Part shown: positions 17,775 to 24,000 of the stretch, piece after piece
Position numbering within the stretch: position 1 is the first letter of the stretch
Layout of the letters: every line of letters starts with the position of its first letter
Source of the DNA: Candidatus Acidiferrales bacterium
GTDB lineage: Bacteria > Acidobacteriota > Terriglobia > Acidiferrales > UBA7541
NCBI GenBank assembly: GCA_049273775.1
Contig: JBASRK010000048.1
Location: forward strand, 1 to 24,000
Reading direction: 5' to 3'
DNA: 24,000 bases
Notes under the pieces: generated by a model
What the model saw: the letters and a program-made list of their open reading frames with translations, nothing else
What the model was told of the DNA's origin: nothing
Databases searched by the model: none
Translations under genes and position numbers: made by a program

Positions 17775-18626
17775 ATGAGACCTGTTCGCCGCTCTGACGC
17801 GCCCCTTGTGGCCCATCGCAATCCCAAGTTCATGGAGAGCGTCGCAGCGCGTCCCATCCGCATTCTCGGGGAGTACCTCGACCCGCTGGTGCGCCTGCGG
17901 CGGGAAGGCGTGGGCGACACGATCGTGATGTTCGGCTCGGCGCGCATCGGGCCCCGCGACCGCGCTGTGGCGCGCCTGAAGCGCTTGCAAGGCATGCCCA
18001 AGGCCCGCAGGACGCCGGCTCGACGCGCCGCGCTGCGCCACGCGCACACGGCCGTGGAGATGTCGCGCTACTACGAGGAGGCCCGCGAGCTGGCCCATCG
18101 CATCACCACCTGGGCCCTGACATTCGGCGAGAGCCCGCGGCGGTTTGTGATCTGCTCGGGCGGCGGGCCGGGGATCATGGAGGCGGCCAACCGCGGCGCG
18201 GCGGAGGCCGGCGGCAAGTCCGTCGGCCTTTCCATCGAGCTGCCGCACGAGCAGAGGCCCAATCGCTTTATCAGCCCGGAGCTCAGCTTCAATTTCCACT
18301 ACTTCTTTATGCGCAAGCTGTGGTTTGCGCAGCTCGCCAAGGCGCTGATCGTTTTCCCCGGCGGGTTCGGCACGATGGACGAGCTATTTGAGCTTCTCAC
18401 ACTGATGCAGACGGGTAAGCTGCCGGGGCGGAACCTGATCTTGATCTACGGGCGGCGCTACTGGGACAAGGTGCTCGATTGGCGGGCCATGTTGCGCTGG
18501 GGCACGATTAATGACCACGAGTACGGGTTGCTCGAGTTTGCCGACACGGTCGAGGAGGCCTTCCAGCGCGTCCGCGCTGGCCTGGAAAAGCACCACGTGA
18601 GCCTGGACAGTGACCTCGAGGAGTAA
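17775..18626 (+). CDS. LOG / TIGR00730-family Rossmann-fold nucleotide phosphoribohydrolase
   Basis: It has the motifs GGGPGIMEAANRGA and FPGGFGTMDELFE (PGGxGTxxE). ATG 17775 is preferred, with GGGGAGA 4 nt upstream; ATG 17739 is also possible. The ORF-track start at 17430 overlaps the upstream gene's coding region on the other strand and looks spurious. Confidence 0.85.
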   Translation: MRPVRRSDAPLVAHRNPKFMESVAARPIRILGEYLDPLVRLRREGVGDTIVMFGSARIGPRDRAVARLKRLQGMPKARRTPARRAALRHAHTAVEMSRYYEEARELAHRITTWALTFGESPRRFVICSGGGPGIMEAANRGAAEAGGKSVGLSIELPHEQRPNRFISPELSFNFHYFFMRKLWFAQLAKALIVFPGGFGTMDELFELLTLMQTGKLPGRNLILIYGRRYWDKVLDWRAMLRWGTINDHEYGLLEFADTVEEAFQRVRAGLEKHHVSLDSDLEE

Positions 18627-18757
18627 TCCCGCGCTTGCACGGGACTTACCCGGTCGGCCGGAGGGCGATACAACCTCCGGGGCGCCCCTGCCATCGTTCT
18701 TATCAGCGGGCAATGTTCCCGACCAGCCCCGGGAAGGTCGTTGCCCAGGAGGCACCC

Positions 18758-19165
18758 ATGTACTGGAGAACAGCCCTACGAACGACCGCCCTGGGCGCGG
18801 CGGTGTTGCTGGGCGGAATCATGCTGTCCGGCACAACTGCCCAAGCGGCGAATTGCGGCGATCGCATCAGCAAACAGGAAGGCAAGCTCCGCCGGGACAT
18901 CGAGCGCCACGGCTATAACAGCCGCCAGGCGGAGAATGACCGGCGCCAACTTCAATCGATTCGCGCGAGCTGCGGGTACGGTGGACGCGGCTGGGGCGGC
19001 TGGGGTTCGCGCCGCGGGGACGGCGACAACGACCGCGATGACCGCTGGAGAAACCGCGGCGGGGACCGCGACCGCGACGACCGCGGACGCAATTGGCACC
19101 GCCGTGACAGAGACCGAGACCGCGATCGCGACCGCAACTGGCGACGCGACCGGGACGACCGCTAA
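18758..19165 (+). CDS. Small secreted protein with a C-terminal Arg/Asp (RD) dipeptide-repeat tail
   Basis: AGGAGG at 18747-18752 lies 5 nt before ATG 18758. The signal peptide is MYWRTALRTTALGAAVLLGGIMLSGTTAQA. Two Cys flank a helical segment. The tail reads GGRGWGGWGSRRGDGDNDRDDRWRNRGGDRDRDDRGRNWHRRDRDRDRDRDRNWRRDRDDR. Confidence 0.6.
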   Translation: MYWRTALRTTALGAAVLLGGIMLSGTTAQAANCGDRISKQEGKLRRDIERHGYNSRQAENDRRQLQSIRASCGYGGRGWGGWGSRRGDGDNDRDDRWRNRGGDRDRDDRGRNWHRRDRDRDRDRDRNWRRDRDDR

Positions 19166-19205
19166 CCGATAGGCGAAGAACGGGAATACAGCAGGTGGGA
19201 AATCG

Positions 19206-19233
19206 CACAGGCCGGCCACGTGGTCGGCCTGTG
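19206..19233. terminator. Near-perfect 28 nt palindrome between convergent genes (bidirectional terminator candidate)
   Basis: The sequence is CACAGGCCGGCCACGTGGTCGGCCTGTG. The outer 9 bp are perfect and the inner CCAC/GTGG segments also pair. GCGTTTTAG follows on the + strand. Confidence 0.55.
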
Positions 19234-19238
19234 GCGTT

Positions 19239-19553
19239 TTAGTTCGGGGAAGAAACCAACTCGCCGGAGAAAACGGCCGCAAAGCGTCGCTTCTCGTCCT
19301 GGTCGTACAGCATCACCACCGGCACGACGCGCAGCGAGTTGCGGCACGCCCGGCAGGTAGTCACCTCGCCCTGCAGATCCTGCAAGAAGCCATCAGTAAA
19401 ATGGTACTGCGCGCGAGCGCGCCGGGCCGACTTGGTGCCCCGCTGACCGCAATGTGGACAGGTGAACTCCACCACGTCCTCCTGAGGGTCGCGGTCAAGG
19501 GCGGCCCAGCCGGTGTAACGCACGCCCACAGTTTCAATTGAATGTCGGTTCAT
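19239..19553 (-). CDS. Small zinc-ribbon-like hypothetical protein (CPHC...CRAC)
   Basis: 104 aa ORF with an ATG start. Two CxxC pairs (FTCPHCG and TTCRACR) lie about 36 residues apart. I recognised no family. Confidence 0.5.
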   Translation of the reverse strand: MNRHSIETVGVRYTGWAALDRDPQEDVVEFTCPHCGQRGTKSARRARAQYHFTDGFLQDLQGEVTTCRACRNSLRVVPVVMLYDQDEKRRFAAVFSGELVSSPN

Positions 19554-19743
19554 AGAATGCCTGCCTCACCCCACTATGAAATCCTGGCAACAGTATCAGA
19601 TGCGGCGGGGCACTTCGCAGATGCAACCGATGGCCAAGCCGTAGATGCGCCAGCACTTAATTGTTCTTCTCGTGCTGAGTACGCCTGCAATGGCGACTAG
19701 CGGCCCGGGAACCCCATACAGTAAGCGGTGTCCAATTGGTTGA

Positions 19744-19956
19744 GGGCGCGCGATCCTCACATCCCTGCAAGGGCGGCGCCGGTGCCGAGCCTGGATCGGC
19801 CGGTGCCGCCCGATTCCCGAAGCGTCGGGTTTCCGGCCCACGCCGGAGACGGCACTCGAGGCCGTCCGTCAGTGGCGCTATCGGCCGACGCTGTTGAACG
19901 GCAAGCCTGTCGAGGTAGAGACCTACATCACAGTGATCTTCCAGCTCCAGCGATAG
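19744..19956 (+). pseudogene. TonB C-terminal domain remnant (no start codon, no TM or Pro-rich region)
   Basis: The frame ending at TAG 19954-19956 reads ...SGFRPTPETALEAVRQWRYRPTLLNGKPVEVETYITVIFQLQR*. This matches the conserved end of TonB C-terminal domains (A-x-x-A-V-x-x-W-R-Y-x-P). Upstream the same frame degenerates into R/C-rich sequence and hits TGA at 19741-19743. No ATG/GTG/TTG gives a full domain. Confidence 0.45.
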
Positions 19957-20033
19957 GCGTTTTGGAGTGTGGGAGTCTGTTCCTGCTTTTTGGCTTGGCC
20001 CGACGAAAACCGGCGGCACTCTTAGGGGAAAAA

Positions 20034-20056
20034 GGGCCGGGCGATTAGCCCGGCCC
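20034..20056. terminator. Intrinsic terminator hairpin for the minus-strand OMP gene (usable in both directions)
   Basis: GGGCCGGGC (20034-20042) pairs with GCCCGGCCC (20048-20056) around the loop GATTA. AAAAA at 20029-20033 gives a U-run on the minus strand, and CTTT follows on the + strand. It starts 24 nt beyond the stop codon at 20080. Confidence 0.65.
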
Positions 20057-20079
20057 CTTTCCGGCCACGCGAGCTGAGA

Positions 20080-20616
20080 CTACCAGCGGAAGACGATGCC
20101 CGTGGAGATGCGGGCATTGTTCTGCCTCGTCCGGTTGGCTCCCACTACTTCCTGAAATCGCGTCATGAGATATTCTCCCTGAACGAGCCGGATGCCGAGG
20201 TGCTGGCTGAGGTGGACGTCCAGCCCGCCGCCGGCAGTCATCGCGAACGCATTCGCGGAAGCGGGACTGGCAATGGCGCCGGAGCCGTCGTGCGCGCCCC
20301 CGAACAGCACCTGGGCGAATGGCGTGACCCGTCCGATGGGATGGGTGAGTCGCGGGCCGAACAGGTAGGTGTAGACGGTGCCGATGTTGCTAGCGTGGTA
20401 GCCGCCAAAATCGGCCACGATGCCCAGCGAACGGAATGGGTAGTAGGCCACTGAGCCGCTGCCACCGTTGAGGTTGAAGCTCGGTGCCCCGGACGTGGCC
20501 GGGTTGGCGCGCACGTAGGAGTAGCCGAGGAAAACATCAGCCTTCGAGGACTCCTGCGCTGCAGCCGGCAGGCAGAGGAGAAAAGCCATTCCAAGGAAAA
20601 ATCCAACCTTATGCAT
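20080..20616 (-). CDS. Small outer-membrane beta-barrel protein (OmpW/OMP_b-brl-like porin family)
   Basis: ATG 20616 has AGGAGG 9 nt upstream; the ORF-track GTG at 20625 overlaps that SD. The signal peptide is MHKVGFFLGMAFLLCLPAAAQ. Alternating beta-strands follow, ending in ISTGIVFRW* with terminal aromatic residues. Confidence 0.8.
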   Translation of the reverse strand: MHKVGFFLGMAFLLCLPAAAQESSKADVFLGYSYVRANPATSGAPSFNLNGGSGSVAYYPFRSLGIVADFGGYHASNIGTVYTYLFGPRLTHPIGRVTPFAQVLFGGAHDGSGAIASPASANAFAMTAGGGLDVHLSQHLGIRLVQGEYLMTRFQEVVGANRTRQNNARISTGIVFRW

Positions 20617-20783
20617 TGGAATCACCCTCCTGAAGTATTTAGTTTTTTTCGGGAGCGAGCCTGTCTCTTGACTGCCCCCACCGCTCGCTGAGCGGGACGC
20701 CCTAGATAGAAAGGCGCGGGACCGCTCGGAATTTCATTACAACCTGCGATGCACTATTTTGGTGCAGAGTTGCCAGCGGAGCT

Positions 20784-23696
20784 TCAGAGGATCGGCTCGC
20801 CGCAATGCCGTGCGATGATGGCGCGCGCTGCATCACGCAGCCGCACCATCTCGTGCCAATCGGAGGGCGCTGCGTCGCGCACCGGCTCAAGAGGCGGAAG
20901 GACCGTCAGCGTGATGCTCGAAGGCCGCGGCAGGTAGGTGCCGTCGCGCAGGAATCGTCGGGTGCCGCGCAGGGCCACCGGGCAAATCGGCCGGCCGGCG
21001 GCCACCGCGGCCTTAAACGCCCCCAACTGGAACGGTCGCACGCCCGGCTGAGACGTAAACGTGCCTTCGGGGAAGACGAACACCGATTCGCCGCGGCGCA
21101 AGAGCTCCTCGAGCTCTTCGGCCTGGTGCAGCCGTGCCTGCGGGTCGCTGCGGTCGAACGCGACGTGGCCGAGCTTGCGCAGGAAGGTGCCGATGAACGG
21201 CATCGAGTGCACTTCGATCTTGGCCACAAAGCGATAGTCAATACCGAGCGCCGCCATCAGGAACAACACGTCGGTGTAAGAGGCATGGTTCGACACGAAG
21301 ACCAGCGAGTTGCCGCGGTCCAGATGCTCGCGGCCCTCGACGTGGATCCTGCAGCCCACCAGCGCCATGTACAGCCGCAGCGCGGGCGAGGTGATGCGAG
21401 CGGCCTGGCGACGCCCGGACGCCAGCACCACCAGCAGCCAAGTGGGCACAATCCATGCGACGAACACAACCGCGGCGTACACGCCATAGGCCAGTTCGAG
21501 GGCGCGACGGACCTGCCGGCGTGCTACCTGCGCGCCACTGATAGCGGCAAGCTTGGCCACCTGTAACCAGGTGGGCGCAGCAGGTGCGGCGAGCTTCCCG
21601 GCGAGGTAGAGTCTTCGGGTCTCCTCGCGGCGCAACTTGCCGCTCGAGGTCTTGGGGATGCTCTGCGGCGGAAGCAGCTCGACCACGTCGGGAGGCAGGC
21701 CCAGCGCCGAAGTCACTTCGTCGGTGATGGCCCGGGCGATGCGCTCGCGGTCTTTTTCCCGCACCTCGGCGACAACCACCAGGCGCTCGGTGCCGGCGGC
21801 ATCGTCAGTGATGCCGAAAGCCACCACGCAGCCCTTGCGCACGCCGGCGACACGTCCGGCAAGCTCTTCGATTTCGTGCGGGTAGAGATTGCGCCCGGCC
21901 TTGATGATGATGTCTTTGACGCGGCCGGTGACGTAGATCTCGCCGTCGGCTTGATAGCCGCGGTCGCCGGAGTCCACCCACCGATCCCCCGCGGCGACTT
22001 GGGGGCCGCCCGGTGGCTCGCCCTCGGGGAAAAGCGCTCGTGTGGCTTCCGAGTTGCGGTAGTAGCCGCGGGTCGCCGAAGGCCCACGGAACCACAGCGC
22101 GCCTTCAACGCGTTCGCCGGCGTCGCAGCCGCTTGAATCCACGATGCGGACCTCGTGCCGCGGCACCGGCCGACCCACGGAGACGAACGCGGCCACGTTT
22201 GGATCGTCTGGTCGCGCTCCGAGCGCCGCGGGAACGGCGCGACCTTCGCGCTCAAAGGTGGCGCGCTCGATGCGGTCCACCCGTGGCTCCCTGCCGAGGG
22301 GCGGCATCGTGACCGCGAGCGACGCCTCGGCGAGACCGTACACCGGCAGCAGTGCCTCCCGGCGGAGGCCGTAGCGCGCAAAGCGCTCCGCAAAACGCTC
22401 GAGTGTCTCCGGGTTGACCGGCTCGGCGCCGTTCAGCGCCAGTCGCCAGGAACTCAGATCCAGTCCCTCGATGTCGCGGTCGGCAATTTTGCGCACGCAC
22501 AGTTCGTAGGCGAAGTTGGGTCCGGCGCCGAGCGTGGCGCGGTGATGGTGCACCGCCCAGAGCCAGCGCTCGGGGCGGTTCAGGAATGCCAGCGGCGAAA
22601 GAACCGCCAGCGGCAGGCCGAAATAAAGCGGGAACATCCAGGCGCCGATCAGGCCCATGTCGTGATAGAGCGGCAGCCAGCTCACCGTCGTGTCGTTCGG
22701 ACGGACCTCGATCGCTTCGCCGATGGCGCGGATGTTGGCCAGCAGGTTTGAGTGCGTCAGGATCACGCCCTTGGGCTCGCCGGTCGAGCCCGAGGTGTAC
22801 TGCAGCAACGCGATCTCCTGTGCGTTCGCCCGCGGCAGGGGCGCGGCGGGCTCTGCCGGAGTGACCTCGGTGAGGCGTGAGGCGTTGACCACGCCGGCCA
22901 GTGACGGAATACGTGGGGTCAACAGCCGGGCGACCCGCTCCGCCTGGCGAAAGGTGACCAGCAGCCGCGCCTCAGCGTTTCGCAGGATGGCTGACTGCCG
23001 TTCGGCGTACTCTGCGATGCGGTCGGCGCGAAACGGCGGATAGATGGGCACCGGAATGGCGCCGGCCAGCAGTACCCCGGCGAAGGTGAAGAAAAACTCT
23101 TGCGAGGTCGGCAGCATAATGGCGACGGTGTCGCCTGGGGCCACGCCGTGGCGCCCGAGTCCCCGTGCGCAAGCCTCGGCGCGCTCGTAGAGCTCGCCAA
23201 AAGTGATCGCGGAGGTGCGGCCTTCCCCCTCGCGCAAGTAGAGGTGCGGGCGGCTGGCGTCTGCGCGGGCGCGGTGGCGCAGGACGTCTTGCAAGGTCTC
23301 AGCAGATTCAATGCTCCGCGTGTCCAGGCGCACTGAAGAATGCGTCGCGCCGATGGGGCGAGGCGCGGAGAACGGCTCCAGCGGCGCGACACCGGCGTCG
23401 CGGGCGTGGAGCAGCAGCGCGTCCACCAGGTCGTCCATCGTGTCGGCTTCCGCCACCACGCGGTCGGGCAGGCGGGAGCCGAACGCAGCCCCGAGCCGCA
23501 GCATCAGTTCGACGCGCTCGAGGCTGCCTAACCCGAGGTCGCGGTCGAGATGCGCCGCACCGCGAACGGCCTGTAGCGACCGGTGGCTGCCCAGCTCAGC
23601 GAGCAGTTGGCGAACGATCTCCGCCACCTGTTCTTGGACGGCGGCTCGGTCGAGTTGTCGGCTGGCAGTAGCCACGCGTTCCTGTGTCCCAAACAT
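20784..23696 (-). CDS. Tri-domain fusion: N-terminal acyl-carrier (PP-binding) domain, fatty-acyl-AMP ligase (FAAL-type adenylation) domain, TM segment, and C-terminal lysophospholipid/glycerol-phosphate acyltransferase (PlsC/LPLAT) domain
   Basis: - Carrier motif: DLGLGSLERVELMLRL.
- Adenylation motifs: LLQYTSGSTGEPKGVILTHSNLLANI, YGLAEA, GDRGY, and PKTSSGKLRR.
- Hydrophobic stretch: VYAAVVFVAWIVPTWLLVVLA.
- Acyltransferase motifs: SNHASYTDV (HX4D), FVFPEGTF, and PICPVAL.
- Start is ATG 23696 or GTG 23726. Confidence 0.9.
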   Translation of the reverse strand: MFGTQERVATASRQLDRAAVQEQVAEIVRQLLAELGSHRSLQAVRGAAHLDRDLGLGSLERVELMLRLGAAFGSRLPDRVVAEADTMDDLVDALLLHARDAGVAPLEPFSAPRPIGATHSSVRLDTRSIESAETLQDVLRHRARADASRPHLYLREGEGRTSAITFGELYERAEACARGLGRHGVAPGDTVAIMLPTSQEFFFTFAGVLLAGAIPVPIYPPFRADRIAEYAERQSAILRNAEARLLVTFRQAERVARLLTPRIPSLAGVVNASRLTEVTPAEPAAPLPRANAQEIALLQYTSGSTGEPKGVILTHSNLLANIRAIGEAIEVRPNDTTVSWLPLYHDMGLIGAWMFPLYFGLPLAVLSPLAFLNRPERWLWAVHHHRATLGAGPNFAYELCVRKIADRDIEGLDLSSWRLALNGAEPVNPETLERFAERFARYGLRREALLPVYGLAEASLAVTMPPLGREPRVDRIERATFEREGRAVPAALGARPDDPNVAAFVSVGRPVPRHEVRIVDSSGCDAGERVEGALWFRGPSATRGYYRNSEATRALFPEGEPPGGPQVAAGDRWVDSGDRGYQADGEIYVTGRVKDIIIKAGRNLYPHEIEELAGRVAGVRKGCVVAFGITDDAAGTERLVVVAEVREKDRERIARAITDEVTSALGLPPDVVELLPPQSIPKTSSGKLRREETRRLYLAGKLAAPAAPTWLQVAKLAAISGAQVARRQVRRALELAYGVYAAVVFVAWIVPTWLLVVLASGRRQAARITSPALRLYMALVGCRIHVEGREHLDRGNSLVFVSNHASYTDVLFLMAALGIDYRFVAKIEVHSMPFIGTFLRKLGHVAFDRSDPQARLHQAEELEELLRRGESVFVFPEGTFTSQPGVRPFQLGAFKAAVAAGRPICPVALRGTRRFLRDGTYLPRPSSITLTVLPPLEPVRDAAPSDWHEMVRLRDAARAIIARHCGEPIL

Positions 23697-23826
23697 TCGA
23701 GCGGGACGATTGCAGGGCCCGCGCACTGCGTGGGCCGCTCGGGTAGGGGTGTTTCGGGGCTCAGGCTAACACGCCGCCCCGACAAGGTTCAACCGTGTCG
23801 CCAGGGCATGGTTTGAAGAGTAACCA

Positions 23827-24000
23827 GTGTACACCTCGAAGATTCAGCAAAGTGCCGGAGACCTTACGAACGACGTGCATCCCACCAAAAAAGTCCCCGA
23901 GGTTCGGTTGCAGGAATCGCTAACCTGGCCTGCCTATCTGGTGCGCGGTGTGGGATCTGTGTGGGGAGCGCTGATTATTGCCGGCGTGGTTCCATTTCTA
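23827..24000 (+). CDS. Possible 5' end of a membrane protein gene running off the window
   Basis: The frame is open from GTG 23827 to the window end: VYTSKIQQSAGDLTNDVHPTKKVPEVRLQESLTWPAYLVRGVGSVWGALIIAGVVPFL, ending in a hydrophobic segment. The start codon and even the reality of the gene are uncertain. Confidence 0.25.
   Translation, partial: MYTSKIQQSAGDLTNDVHPTKKVPEVRLQESLTWPAYLVRGVGSVWGALIIAGVVPFL

Noticed and set aside
19060-19160. Short GACCGC-type tandem repeats, considered as a CRISPR-like or non-coding repeat array
   Set aside because: The units are 6 nt, imperfect and in frame. They encode the RD dipeptide tail of a gene that has an SD and a signal peptide, so this is not a spacer-repeat structure.
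19596-20048. ORFs 19596..19841 (-), 19657..20019 (-) and 19728..20048 (+)
   Set aside because: They overlap one another in the decayed region and have no motifs. The only recognisable coding signal there is the TonB C-terminal remnant, which is in a different frame.

Overview
GC-rich bacterial chromosomal window centred on the replication-initiation locus. dnaA, dnaN, gyrB, a small unannotated ORF and gyrA lie in that order on the + strand, and there is no recF.

Flanking genes:
- Left: the 3' end of a TonB-dependent receptor, typA/bipA (-), a HugZ-like PNPOx-fold protein (-), a ymdB-type phosphoesterase and a secreted NHL/beta-propeller protein.
- Right: a three-gene unit (MerT-like membrane protein, thioredoxin-fold protein interrupted by an in-frame TGA, VOC/glyoxalase-fold protein).
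- Further right: a VWFA protein of the acidobacterial TIGR03436 type (-), a LOG/TIGR00730 protein, a secreted Arg/Asp-repeat protein, a small zinc-ribbon protein (-), a TonB C-terminal remnant, a small OM beta-barrel protein (-), and a 970-980 aa ACP/fatty-acyl-AMP-ligase/acyltransferase fusion (-).

Gene content and codon usage suggest Acidobacteriota; this is inference only. I saw no rRNA, tRNA, CRISPR, transposase or integrase.

Most notable observations:
1. A probable selenoprotein (UxxC thioredoxin fold with a SECIS-like hairpin), translationally coupled to a MerT-like protein.
2. A near-consensus promoter followed by a ~205 nt rod-like RNA candidate that ends in a U-run, upstream of ymdB.
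3. A small ORF wedged between gyrB and gyrA, in a gyrase that has non-canonical residues at classical quinolone-resistance positions.
4. A 648 bp non-coding gap with an AT-rich dyad-symmetric island where recF normally sits.

The long ORFs antisense to typA, dnaA, gyrB and gyrA are treated as high-GC shadow ORFs.
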